Part shown: positions 29,474 through 40,644 of the stretch, piece by piece
Numbering within the stretch: the stretch's first letter is position 1
Layout of the letters: the number at the start of each line of letters is the position of its first letter
NCBI GenBank assembly: GCA_036262935.1
Contig: DATAHW010000108.1
Span: 23,958-87,957, forward strand
From: Gemmatimonadales bacterium
GTDB lineage: Bacteria > Gemmatimonadota > Gemmatimonadetes > Gemmatimonadales > GWC2-71-9
DNA length: 64,000 bases
Direction: 5' to 3'
Made by a program: the position numbers and the translations under genes
Notes under the pieces: generated by a model
Told to the model about the DNA's origin: nothing
Seen by the model: only the letters and a program-made list of their open reading frames with translations
Databases searched by the model: none

Positions 29474-30182
29474 CGACCACCAGGACGTCGCCGGTCACGA
29501 AGTCGCCCCCCTCGAGCAGGTAGAGGAGCGCGGCGATCGCATCGGCGGGCTGCCCCAGGCGGCGCAGCGGAGTCGTGCGGGCCAGCCGATCGCGCTCGTC
29601 CCGGTCGTACTCCTCGGGCACGAGCACGGCGCCCGGCGCGATGGCGTTGACGGTCACATCCGGCGCGAGCGCCTTCGCGAGCACCCGGGTGAGCATCACC
29701 ACGCCCGCCTTGGCGACCGAGTGCGCCGCGAAGCCGGGCCAGGGCTCGAGCCCGGCCAGGTCGGCCATGTTGACGACCTTGCCACGCGCCGCGCGCAGGG
29801 CCGGCGCCGCGCCCTGGGTGCAGAAGAAGACCGAGCGCAGGTTGAGGTCGAGTACCTCGTCGTACTCCGCGGGGGTGGTGTCCTCGAACGACCGGCGGCG
29901 CATGACGGCGGCCGAATTGACCAGCACGTCGAGCCGCCCCAGCTCGGCGACCACCCGGCGCGGAAGCTCGGCCGCCGCCGTGGCGTCGGTCAGGTCGGCG
30001 GCGAAGCAGGCGGCCTGCCCGCCGGCGGCCACGATCTCGTCGCGCAGCGCGTCGGCGCCGGCCGAGGACGCGTGATGATGGATAGCCAGAGTCATCCCGC
30101 GGCCTGCCAGGGCCCGCGCCATGGCCCGGCCGAGCCGGCGGCCGGCTCCGGTGACGAGAGCGGCGCGACCGGCCAGCTCCAT
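29451..30182 (-). CDS. short-chain dehydrogenase/reductase (SDR)
   Basis: ALVTGAGRRLGRAMA (TGxxxxxG) and HSVAKAG (YxxxK variant) in a classical SDR layout. Confidence 0.85.
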   Translation of the reverse strand: MELAGRAALVTGAGRRLGRAMARALAGRGMTLAIHHHASSAGADALRDEIVAAGGQAACFAADLTDATAAAELPRRVVAELGRLDVLVNSAAVMRRRSFEDTTPAEYDEVLDLNLRSVFFCTQGAAPALRAARGKVVNMADLAGLEPWPGFAAHSVAKAGVVMLTRVLAKALAPDVTVNAIAPGAVLVPEEYDRDERDRLARTTPLRRLGQPADAIAALLYLLEGGDFVTGDVLVVDGGRLLR

Positions 30183-30916
30183 CAGGCGGCGCGAGGCGCG
30201 ATCCGCAGGATCACGCCGGTAGGCGCGTCGGGCCCCGACAGGGCGAGCGAGAGCACGCCCTTGGTGAGATCCTCCATCTCCACGTAGTCCGCTTCCTCTC
30301 CCGCGCTGGCGACGTTGTCGCCGGTCCGCGCCATGCTCGGCGCCACCGCGTTGACCCGCACGTGGCGATCCGCCAGCTCGACGGCCAGGCTCCGCGTGAA
30401 ACCCGCGACCGCCGCCTTGGCGGCCGAGTAGACGGCCATGGGGCTCTGCGGCTCGAAGTAGGCGATGGACGCGAAGTTCACAATGACTCCCTGAGTCTCC
30501 GTGAGCGAGGCGATCGCCGCCTGGGAGACGAGCACCGTGGTCTTGAGATTGATCGCCAGCTCGCGGTCGATGTCCTTCACCGTGAGCCGCTCGACCGGGC
30601 CGTACGTCGTGAGCCCGCCCGCCACATTCACCACCACGTCGAGCCGGCCGAAATCGCGGAGGGCCACCTCGACGGCCAGCGCCGCCATGTCGGGCTGCGT
30701 CAGGTCGCCGGCGCAGGGCCGGGCGTCCACGCCGAGCGCCGCGAACTCGCGCACGCGCTGGGTGACGCCCACCGCGTTCACGTCGCAGGCTACGAGGCGC
30801 GCGCCGGCCTGGCCCAATGCCAGCGCCACGGCGTTGCCGATCTGCCCCGCGCGTCCCACCCCCGTCACCAGGGCCACTTTGCCGCTGAAATCGAACGCCG
30901 CCGGACTCATGCTCAC
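30182..30916 (-). CDS. short-chain dehydrogenase/reductase (SDR)
   Basis: VALVTGVGRAGQIGNAVA, NVAGG and YSAAKAAV (YxxxK) motifs. The start is GTG 30916 (GTGA overlap) or ATG 30910. Confidence 0.85.
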   Translation of the reverse strand: MSMSPAAFDFSGKVALVTGVGRAGQIGNAVALALGQAGARLVACDVNAVGVTQRVREFAALGVDARPCAGDLTQPDMAALAVEVALRDFGRLDVVVNVAGGLTTYGPVERLTVKDIDRELAINLKTTVLVSQAAIASLTETQGVIVNFASIAYFEPQSPMAVYSAAKAAVAGFTRSLAVELADRHVRVNAVAPSMARTGDNVASAGEEADYVEMEDLTKGVLSLALSGPDAPTGVILRIAPRAA

Positions 30917-31353
30917 CTCAGGGCTTCGAGAACGATCTCCGCACCGGGCGCGCCGGACTGACTGTAGGCGACGGTGCCATCGCGCTCGATCAATACGACC
31001 GAGCGGGCGATCGTCGCGCCGTCCGGCCGCACGGCGCCGTACGCCCTGGCCACCGCCAGCCCGGGATCGGAGAGGAGCGGAAACGGCAGGCGCAGGCGAA
31101 CGGCGTAGTCGGCATGACGGGCGGCCGGGGCGGGATTGACGCCGAAGGGCCGGACCTGATGACGCTCGAACAACGGCATGTCGTCGCGCACGGCGGACAA
31201 CTGGCGGTTTCAGCCGGGGGTATCGTTCCCCGGGTAGAACACGAGGAGCACCCGGGAGAGCTCGAGCAGCTCGCGCAGCCGGTAGACGCGGCCGTCCGAC
31301 GCGTCGGCGGAGAACTCCGGCGCTACGCTCCCGGGCGGAAGCAGCCGGCTCAC
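30913..31353 (-). CDS. Bcp/AhpC-TSA-family peroxiredoxin with an in-frame TGA at the peroxidatic-Cys codon (candidate selenoprotein; alternatively a pseudogene)
   Basis: Track ORFs 31210..31989 (C-terminus ...LPPGSVAPEFSADASDGRVYRLRELLELSRVLLVFYPGNDTPG stop) and 30913..31200 (SAVRDDMPLFERHQVRPFGVNPA...LPFPLLSDPG...VVLIERDG) are in the same frame. They are separated only by TGA AAC CGC CAG. The TGA (31210-31212) falls where the family has YPxxxTPGC. The GTG start at 31353 is in GTGA overlap with the PHP gene stop. Confidence 0.6.
31179..31199 (-). promoter_or_regulatory. candidate bacterial SECIS-like hairpin downstream of the in-frame UGA
   Basis: In the mRNA, with U of UGA as 1: U14-A34, G15-C33, U16-A32, C17-G31, a bulge (A29, C30), then C18-G28, G19-C27, C20-G26, and apical loop CGUGC containing GU. 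The hairpin starts 10 nt after UGA. Hand-folded only. Confidence 0.3.
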
Positions 31354-32213
31354 GGGCCGACCGACGCCGGGAGCCCCGCGCGCCGTGTCTCGAGCTGCTC
31401 GAGCCACTCGAGCGGTACCTGCTGCGAGCCCAGCGGGTCGTGGCTCTCTCCGGGGCCGGGATCGCCGTGCCAGTCGCTGCCGCCCGTCCGGAGCAGCCCG
31501 AGCCCCAGGGTCGAGTTGGTCAGTCGCGTCCGGAGATCCGGGTCGTGGCTGGGGTGGCGGGTCTCGACCGCGTCGAGCCCCTCGCCCCGAAGCCGCTCCA
31601 GAAACGCGCGCGTGCCGCGCTCCTTGAGGTGGGCCACGGAGACGACGCCACGGACGGAGTGCACCAGCTCGGCGATCTCCCGGAACGCGGGAAGGACCTT
31701 CTCCACGAACGCGGGCCGATGCCGGCCCAGAAAGCGGTCGAACGCCTCCGAGACATCGCGCGCGCCGCCCTGCCGGACGACGGCACGCGCGACGTGCGGC
31801 CGCCCGACCGCGCCGCCCGCCGCCTCGTCGAGCACGTGATCGAATTCGAGCGGGACGCCGAGCGCCTGGAGGCGGGCCACCATCTCCCGGGCCCGCCGCA
31901 CCCGGTCGGTACGGGAGCGCACGAGGAACGACTCCAGCTCGGGCGAGTGCGTGGGCAGAAAGTAGCCCAGCACGTGCATCTCGCCCCACGGCGCGGCGGA
32001 GCTGAACTCGCAGCCCCCGACCACGCGCACCCCCAGGCGCTCGCCGGCCAGGAGCGCGCCGGGGACACCCGCGACCGTGTCATGGTCGGTGAGCGCCACG
32101 GCGGCGAGACCCGCCGCGCGCGCGCGCTCGACCACGGCCTGCGGCGGCAGGCTTCCGTCGGAGGCGGTCGAGTGCACGTGAAGGTCCACGAAGCCGGCCG
32201 CGGACGTGCCCAC
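31350..32213 (-). CDS. PHP-domain phosphoesterase (TrpH/YciV-like)
   Basis: FVDLHVHSTASDGS, ALTDHDTVAG, RPHVARA and GGSDWHG motifs. The start is taken as GTG 32213. A CTG at 32222 overlaps the upstream TGA. Confidence 0.8.
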   Translation of the reverse strand: MGTSAAGFVDLHVHSTASDGSLPPQAVVERARAAGLAAVALTDHDTVAGVPGALLAGERLGVRVVGGCEFSSAAPWGEMHVLGYFLPTHSPELESFLVRSRTDRVRRAREMVARLQALGVPLEFDHVLDEAAGGAVGRPHVARAVVRQGGARDVSEAFDRFLGRHRPAFVEKVLPAFREIAELVHSVRGVVSVAHLKERGTRAFLERLRGEGLDAVETRHPSHDPDLRTRLTNSTLGLGLLRTGGSDWHGDPGPGESHDPLGSQQVPLEWLEQLETRRAGLPASVGP

Positions 32214-32218
32214 GGCGG

Positions 32219-32485
32219 TCAGCGGCGGTACCCCAGCTCGGGAGAAGTCCAGGACGGCTGGGAATGGGCCAGGAGCTCCCGCAGCTCCCGATCGCTCATC
32301 CGGCCCAGCGACAGCTCTCGGCTCTTGGCGCCGAGCGGACTGTAGCGCACGACGCGCCGCTCGCGGTCCGGGCCGATGCCACGGCTGAAGACGAGCCCGA
32401 ACTCGTCCTTCGTGTACTGGGTGATCCGCCCGCTGACCGCGACCTCCCACTGGTCGCCGTCCACCTCGATCATCCGTCTCGGCAT
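32219..32485 (-). CDS. small conserved-looking hypothetical protein (88 aa)
   Basis: MPRRMIEVDGDQWEVAVSGRITQYTKDEFGLVFSRG... has balanced composition and high GC3. It lies between E2 and the PHP gene on the same strand. No family recognised. Confidence 0.55.
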   Translation of the reverse strand: MPRRMIEVDGDQWEVAVSGRITQYTKDEFGLVFSRGIGPDRERRVVRYSPLGAKSRELSLGRMSDRELRELLAHSQPSWTSPELGYRR

Positions 32486-32511
32486 CTGCGTTCGCTCCTC
32501 GGGCGGTCCGA

Positions 32512-33912
32512 TCAGACCGCGGCTTCGGGAAACTCCTGCAGCATCCGCTTGACGTCGGCCATGAACCGGTCGGCGTCGGCGCCATCCACCACCCGGTGAT
32601 CGAAGGCGAGGGAGAGCATCCCCTTCGTCCGGACGGCGAGGGTGTCGGTGCCGTCCACGGTGATCACCGCCGGCTGCTTCTCGATGGCGCCGACGCAGAG
32701 AATCGCGGCCTGCGGCTGGTTGATGATCGGCGTGCCGATCACGGATCCGAACACGCCGGGGTTGGTGATGGTGAAGGTCCCGCGCTGCACGTCATCCGGA
32801 CTGAGCTTCTTGGTCCGCGCGCGCTCCCCCAGGTCGTTGATCGCGCGGGCGATGCCCAGCAGCGACAGCTCGTCGGCGTGATGGATGACCGGCACGATCA
32901 GTCCCCAGTCGAGCGCCACTGCGATGCCCAGGTTGATGTCGCGCCGGATGACCGTGCTCTCCCCGCTCACGGCCGAGTTGACGACGGGATGTTTGCGGAG
33001 CCCATCGGCCACGGCTTTGGCGATGAAGGCGAGATACGTGAGGTTCACCCCGCGGCCGGCGTACTCCTGCTTCTTCCGCGCGCGAAGCTGGACCACGCGA
33101 GTGTAGTCGATCTCGAAGATGGTGTTGACGTGCGGCGAGACGCGGCGCGACATCACCATGTGCTCGGCCGTGAGCTTCCGGATCCGGGACCACGGCTCGA
33201 CCCGGTCGCCAGGCCACGCCTCCACGCTCGGGGCGTACGCCGGCGCGGGCGCGGGCGGTGCCGGGACCGCTGCGACGGTCGGCGCCGTTGCGGGCGGCGC
33301 CTCGGCCACCGGCGCGCCAGTCTCGAGATAGCCCAGGATGTCGTTCTTGGTAACCCGCCCCGCGAGCCCGCTGCCCGGGATGGCGCTCAGGTCGAGGTTG
33401 TGCTCCGCGGCCATCTTCCGAACCAGCGGCGTGGACTTCCGGCGCAGCCGCTCCTCCGCGCTCTCGCCGCCGCCGTTGCCGCCGACGTCCGCGGCCCGGC
33501 CGGCCGCCGGACGCGGCGGCGCGGCGGGTGCCGGGGCGAGTGGGGCCGGCGGCGCGCTCGGCTTGGCCGGCTGCTGCGGAACGGGCGCCTGGGGTGGGGG
33601 CGCCGGAGGCGGCGGCGCCGAGGGCGCCGGAGCGGAGGGCGCCGGAGCGGAGGTCGCCGCGCCGGCGCCGGCCTCCGTCTCGATCCTGGCCACCACCGTC
33701 TGCACCGCGACCGTCTGCCCCTCCTGCACCAGGATCTCCGTCAGGACGCCGGCGTTCGGCGCCGGAATCTCGGCGTCCACCTTGTCGGTCGAGATCTCGA
33801 AGATCGGCTCGTCGCGCTTGACCGCGTCGCCTACCTGCTTGAGCCAGCGAGAGAGCGTCCCTTCGGCGATGGACTCGCCCATCTGCGGCATGATCACGTC
33901 GATTGTGGCCAT
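32512..33912 (-). CDS. 2-oxoacid dehydrogenase E2 component (dihydrolipoamide acyltransferase)
   Basis: Lipoyl domain (EISTDKVDAEIPAP), Ala/Pro linker, E3-binding domain (PLVRKMAAEHNLDLSAIPGSG) and catalytic domain (LSLAFDHRVVDGA). Confidence 0.92.
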   Translation of the reverse strand: MATIDVIMPQMGESIAEGTLSRWLKQVGDAVKRDEPIFEISTDKVDAEIPAPNAGVLTEILVQEGQTVAVQTVVARIETEAGAGAATSAPAPSAPAPSAPPPPAPPPQAPVPQQPAKPSAPPAPLAPAPAAPPRPAAGRAADVGGNGGGESAEERLRRKSTPLVRKMAAEHNLDLSAIPGSGLAGRVTKNDILGYLETGAPVAEAPPATAPTVAAVPAPPAPAPAYAPSVEAWPGDRVEPWSRIRKLTAEHMVMSRRVSPHVNTIFEIDYTRVVQLRARKKQEYAGRGVNLTYLAFIAKAVADGLRKHPVVNSAVSGESTVIRRDINLGIAVALDWGLIVPVIHHADELSLLGIARAINDLGERARTKKLSPDDVQRGTFTITNPGVFGSVIGTPIINQPQAAILCVGAIEKQPAVITVDGTDTLAVRTKGMLSLAFDHRVVDGADADRFMADVKRMLQEFPEAAV

Positions 33913-33927
33913 ACTCTCGGTCTCCGA

Positions 33928-34905
33928 TCAGTACGCCGCGAGCCAGCGCGCGGCCCGGACGATGTCCGGGGTTTGCGGGAGGACGAAGTCCTCGAGCTGC
34001 GGCGCGTACGGCAGCGGCACGTCATGCGCGGCGACGCGCCGGACCGGCGCGTCCAGCCACTCGAAGGCGAGCTCGTTGATGCGGGCGGTGATCTCGCCCG
34101 CGATGCCGCCGGTCACGGTATCCTCGTGCACGATGAGCACGCGGTTGGTCTTCTTCACGGTCGCGACGATCGCCTCGTCGTCCATCGGGAGCAGCGAACG
34201 GAGGTCGAGCACCTCGACCGAGAGCCCATCCTCCTTTCGCAGCTGCTCCGCCGCCTCGAGCGCCTTCCACACCGTCGCCGCGTAGGTGATGATGCTCAGG
34301 TCCGTGCCTTCAAGCGCCAGGCGCGCCTTCCCGATCGGGACGACATGATCGCCCTGGGGCAGCTCTTCCTTGATGCGGCGATAGAGATACTTGTGCTCGA
34401 AGAAGAGCACGCAGTCGTCGTCGCGGATGGCGCTCTTGATGAGCCCCTTCGCGTCACTCGCGGTGGCGGCATAGACGATCTTGAGCCCGGGCGTGTGCAG
34501 GAAGGCCGCCTCGGGGTTCTGCGAGTGAAACGGCCCGCCGCGCACGTAGCCTCCGCTCGGTCCGCGCACGACCATCGGGCACGGCAGAAACGCGCGGTAG
34601 CGCGCGGTGGCGACGTAGTTGGTGAGAATGCTGTAGGCGCTGGAGACGAAGTCGATGAACTGCATCTCGCAGACCGGCCGCATCCCCATGTGGGCGGCGC
34701 CCGCCGCGGCGCCCACGAAGCCGGTCTCGCTGATGGGCGTGTCGATCACCCGATCGGCGCCGAAGCGGTCGAGCAGCCCTTCGGTGACCTTGAACGCGCC
34801 GCCGTACGCGCCGATGTCCTCGCCCATGCAGAAGACGCTCGGATCGCGCTCCATCTCCTCGAACAACCCCTGGCGGATGGCCTCGAGGTAGGTGGCCTCA
34901 GCCAT
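33928..34905 (-). CDS. 2-oxoacid dehydrogenase E1 component, beta subunit
   Basis: From the ATG at 34905: MAEATYLEAIRQGLFEEMERDPSVFCMGEDIGAYGGAFKVT...VIDTPISE. 325 aa. Confidence 0.9.
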   Translation of the reverse strand: MAEATYLEAIRQGLFEEMERDPSVFCMGEDIGAYGGAFKVTEGLLDRFGADRVIDTPISETGFVGAAAGAAHMGMRPVCEMQFIDFVSSAYSILTNYVATARYRAFLPCPMVVRGPSGGYVRGGPFHSQNPEAAFLHTPGLKIVYAATASDAKGLIKSAIRDDDCVLFFEHKYLYRRIKEELPQGDHVVPIGKARLALEGTDLSIITYAATVWKALEAAEQLRKEDGLSVEVLDLRSLLPMDDEAIVATVKKTNRVLIVHEDTVTGGIAGEITARINELAFEWLDAPVRRVAAHDVPLPYAPQLEDFVLPQTPDIVRAARWLAAY

Positions 34906-36001
34906 CGTGCGTCCCCCAGCTCGCGGGGCGCTCGTGCCGCTCCACCGCGCTCCGGATGCCCTCGCGGTACCAGAGTGCCGGCGCCTCCGCCGGCTCGGCG
35001 TAGACGCCGGCCAGGCAGTCACGTGGCTCGGGCGCCGGGGACTGCTCGGCGAGGTCGGTGGCCTGGTCGATTTCCGTGCGCACCCGGGCGTCGATCATCT
35101 CAAGCTCCGCGGGCGCCACGCCCTCCTCGCCCGTGAGGCGCCGGGTGTAGCGGTCGAGCGGATCGTTCTCCTCGGCCCAGCGCTCGATCTCGCCGGCGGG
35201 GACGTACGATTGGTTGTCGTGCTCCGCGTGGCCTTTCCGGCGGTAGGTCATCAGCTCGATCAGGGTCACGCCCTCGCCGCGCCGGGCGCGGGCCACCGCG
35301 TCCCGGGTTACCTGATACGCCGCGATCACGTCGTTGCCATCGGCCCGGACGCCGGGAATGCCGTAGCCCGCCGCCTTGTCGGCCAGGCGCTCGGCCGCGC
35401 ACTGCCGCGTGGTCGGGGTAGAGTAGGCGTAGCGGTTGTTCTCGATGATCACCACCAGCGGGCAGCGCTGCACGGCCGCGAAGTTGATCCCCTCGTGGAA
35501 CGCGCCGGTGGAGGTCGCGCCGTCGCCCACATACACCAGACCGACCCGGGGCTCCTGCCGCAGCCTGAACGTGAGGGTGACGCCGGCCATCACCGGCACC
35601 ATGTCTCCCAGGTGCGAGATCTGGCCGATGAAGTTCCGGTCTGCCACGTCGCCGAAATGGATGTTGAGCTCGCGGCCGCGGGTGGGCGAATCGCCCTTGG
35701 CCATGTACTGCCGCAGCACCTCGAGCGGGGACGCGCCTTTCACCAGCATCGAGCCCAGGTTGCGGATCAGCGGTGAGAGAACGTCCTCGCGCCGGAGAGC
35801 GTAGGCGGAGCCGACGGCGCACGCCTCCTGTCCCAGCGAGCGGAAGAGCCCGCCCACCACCTTGGTCTGCCGGTACAGATTGACCAGCCGCTCCTCGAGC
35901 GACCGGGTGAGACGCATCCAGTAGTAGAGTTCGAGGAGTTGCTCCCGGGACAGGCCGGCCCGGGCGGCCGGATCGGGGGCGAGCGCACTGGTGACAGCCA
36001 T
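34898..36001 (-). CDS. 2-oxoacid dehydrogenase E1 component, alpha subunit (TPP-binding)
   Basis: From the ATG at 36001: YYWMRLTRSLEERL and the TPP motif VYVGDGATSTGAFHEGINFAA...IIENNRYAYSTP. 367 aa. Confidence 0.9.
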   Translation of the reverse strand: MAVTSALAPDPAARAGLSREQLLELYYWMRLTRSLEERLVNLYRQTKVVGGLFRSLGQEACAVGSAYALRREDVLSPLIRNLGSMLVKGASPLEVLRQYMAKGDSPTRGRELNIHFGDVADRNFIGQISHLGDMVPVMAGVTLTFRLRQEPRVGLVYVGDGATSTGAFHEGINFAAVQRCPLVVIIENNRYAYSTPTTRQCAAERLADKAAGYGIPGVRADGNDVIAAYQVTRDAVARARRGEGVTLIELMTYRRKGHAEHDNQSYVPAGEIERWAEENDPLDRYTRRLTGEEGVAPAELEMIDARVRTEIDQATDLAEQSPAPEPRDCLAGVYAEPAEAPALWYREGIRSAVERHERPASWGTHDG

Positions 36002-36062
36002 GCAGGTCCCGGTTGGGGGAGAGGTGATCCGGCGTGGAAAATCCACCCTCCCGGAAGGAGAG

Positions 36063-37709
36063 TCAAGCGAGGGTGGGCAGGAAGCGCGGCGCCTTTCGAT
36101 GCATGGTTATCTGTTCGAATGCATACGCCAGCCGGATCAGTACGGGCTCGCTCCACGCGCGGCCGATGAACGAGAGGTTCACCGGCAGTCCCCACGCGTC
36201 ACCCATCGGCACGCTCACGCTCGGGTACCCGGCGACGGCGGCCGGCGTCGAGCTCGAACCGGTGAAGTGATCGCCGTTGACCGGGTCGGTGGGCCAGGCC
36301 GGATTCCCGGTCGGGGCCACGAGGGCGTCCAGCCGGTGCCGGGTCATCACCGCGTCGATGCCGAGCGTACGCGAGAGCCGCCGGCAGTCGCGCAGCGCCT
36401 TCCGGTACCCCGGCGACGTGAGCGGCCCCTTGGCCTGGGCGCGGACGAAGAGCTCCTGCCCGAAATACGGCATCTCGCGCGCGCGCGCGCGCTCGTTGAA
36501 CGCGATCACGTCGGCCAGCGTCCGGACCGGCGCGGCCGGACCGAGCGCCGCGAGGTACGCGTTCAGGTCGGCCTTGAGCTCGTAGAGCAGCACCTCGAGC
36601 TCGGCGTCGTCGTACGTGCCCGCGTGCGGGATGTCGGCGGGATCGACGATCACGGCCCCGGCGCCGCGCATCGCGTCGAGCGCCGCCGCGGCGAGCCGGT
36701 CGGTGACATCGCTGTACCCGAAGAACTTTTCCCGCGGCACGCCGATCCTGGCGCCGCGGAGCGCCGCCGGATCGAGGAACCGGGTGTAGTCCGGCGCCAC
36801 GTGTCCGGCGGCGGCGGCCGTGGCCCGATCCCGGGCATCGGTGCCGGCCATCGCGGTGAGCAGCGCCGCCGCGTCGGCCACGGTGCGGCAGAGCGGGCCC
36901 GCGGTGTCCTGGGTGTGCGAGATCGGAACGATGCCGGCCCGGCTCACCAGCCCGACGGTGGGCTTGATCCCGACGACGCCGTTCGCGCCGGCCGGGCAGA
37001 CGATCGAGCCGTCGGTCTCGGTGCCGACGGCCACGGCGCCGAGATTGGCGGAGACCCCCGCGGCGGAGCCGGAGCTCGAGCCGCACGGGTTGCGATCGAG
37101 GACGTAGGGGTTCCGGCACTGCCCACCCCGCGCACTCCAGCCGCTGGACGAATGGCTCGAGCGGATATTGGCCCATTCGCTGAGATTGGCCTTCGCGAGC
37201 AGGACCGCGCCGGCGGCGCGGAGTCGTTCGGCCACGTGGGAGTCGCGGAGCGGCACCGACCCCTCGAGCGCGAGCGACCCCGCGGTCGTGGTCATCCGGT
37301 CGGCGGTGTCGATGTTGTCCTTGAGCAGAACGGGAACGCCATGGAGCGGACCGCGCGTGCGGCCGGCCGCGCGCTCGCGGTCGAGCGCCTCGGCGAGGCT
37401 CACGGCGTCCGGATTGGTCTCGATGATGGCGTGAAGCGAGGGGCCGGCCCGGTCGAGCGCGGCGATGCGCTCGAGATACTGCTCGACGATGCGGCGCGAC
37501 GTCCAGCGGCCCGAGGCCATGCCGGCCTGGAGCTGGACGGCGGTCACCTCCTCGAGCTCGAACGGCGCCGGCGCCGGCGGCGCCGCCGGCGCCGCCCCCA
37601 GGGGGGGGCCCGCCGCGGGGAGCTTCACGCCGCCCGCGGCCGCGGCGCCGAGCACCGCGGCGTGGCCCAGGAACGCCCGGCGGTCCAGTGGGTCGCGGTG
37701 CTCGGACAT
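36063..37709 (-). CDS. amidase-signature family amidase with a Tat-type signal peptide
   Basis: From the ATG at 37709: [26 protein letters not shown] (twin-Arg). AS signature [12 protein letters not shown]...[15 protein letters not shown]...[12 protein letters not shown]. 548 aa. The upstream 440 aa of the track ORF overlap hppA in another frame. Confidence 0.85.
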   Translation of the reverse strand: MSEHRDPLDRRAFLGHAAVLGAAAAGGVKLPAAGPPLGAAPAAPPAPAPFELEEVTAVQLQAGMASGRWTSRRIVEQYLERIAALDRAGPSLHAIIETNPDAVSLAEALDRERAAGRTRGPLHGVPVLLKDNIDTADRMTTTAGSLALEGSVPLRDSHVAERLRAAGAVLLAKANLSEWANIRSSHSSSGWSARGGQCRNPYVLDRNPCGSSSGSAAGVSANLGAVAVGTETDGSIVCPAGANGVVGIKPTVGLVSRAGIVPISHTQDTAGPLCRTVADAAALLTAMAGTDARDRATAAAAGHVAPDYTRFLDPAALRGARIGVPREKFFGYSDVTDRLAAAALDAMRGAGAVIVDPADIPHAGTYDDAELEVLLYELKADLNAYLAALGPAAPVRTLADVIAFNERARAREMPYFGQELFVRAQAKGPLTSPGYRKALRDCRRLSRTLGIDAVMTRHRLDALVAPTGNPAWPTDPVNGDHFTGSSSTPAAVAGYPSVSVPMGDAWGLPVNLSFIGRAWSEPVLIRLAYAFEQITMHRKAPRFLPTLA

Positions 37710-37720
37710 CGGCGACGCGC

Positions 37721-40264
<2,544 letters not shown>

Positions 40265-40305
40265 CGGGCAACGCCTCCAGAGAGAAGGGTCATGCGGGAA
40301 CGAAA

Positions 40306-40596
40306 TCAGTACGCGCCGATCGGCCGGTGGCCCGGATCGGCCATCGTGTGCACGAGGGTCAGGAAGCGCTTGGCCAGCTTGTCGGCCTCGCTCTCCGCGA
40401 CCTGGTTGGTCTCCACCGTAACGAGCGTATAGTGGCCGCCCTCCGCGTCCGCGGTGACGCCGATCTGGCCGATGGTGCCGGTGAACCGGCGCCGCCTCGG
40501 CAGCTCCTCGACCGGCGCGAGCCGCGCGCCGAAGAACGCCGTGGCCCGCGCCAGGACGGCATCGGGGGGGAGCTGGGTGCGGTGGAAGTATTTCAT
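40306..40596 (-). CDS. small hypothetical protein (96 aa)
   Basis: MKYFHRTQLPPDAVLARATAFFGARL...HYTLVTVETNQVAESEADKLAKRFL has balanced composition and high GC3. No family recognised. There is no Shine-Dalgarno; the ATG abuts the heptamer repeat. Confidence 0.55.
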   Translation of the reverse strand: MKYFHRTQLPPDAVLARATAFFGARLAPVEELPRRRRFTGTIGQIGVTADAEGGHYTLVTVETNQVAESEADKLAKRFLTLVHTMADPGHRPIGAY

Positions 40597-40598
40597 AT

Positions 40599-40644
40599 GA
40601 GTCGTGAGTCGTGGGTTGTGAGTCGTGGGTCGTGACTCACGACT
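40599..40644. repeat. tandem heptamer array (GAGTCGT GAGTCGT GGGTTGT GAGTCGT GGGTCGT) ending in a short inverted copy (GACTCACGACT)
   Basis: Same unit as the hairpin at 2110-2203. It fills the whole 40-nt gap between inositol-phosphate synthase and the 96-aa ORF, and contains the synthase stop codon. Confidence 0.7.

Noticed and set aside
30913-31353. Simple pseudogene explanation for the split Bcp peroxiredoxin
   Set aside because: Not fully rejected. It is less likely because the only lesion is a TGA precisely at the catalytic Cys codon, both halves keep high GC3 and family motifs, the gene is coupled on both sides, and a GU-loop hairpin follows at SECIS distance. Sec machinery genes are needed to decide.
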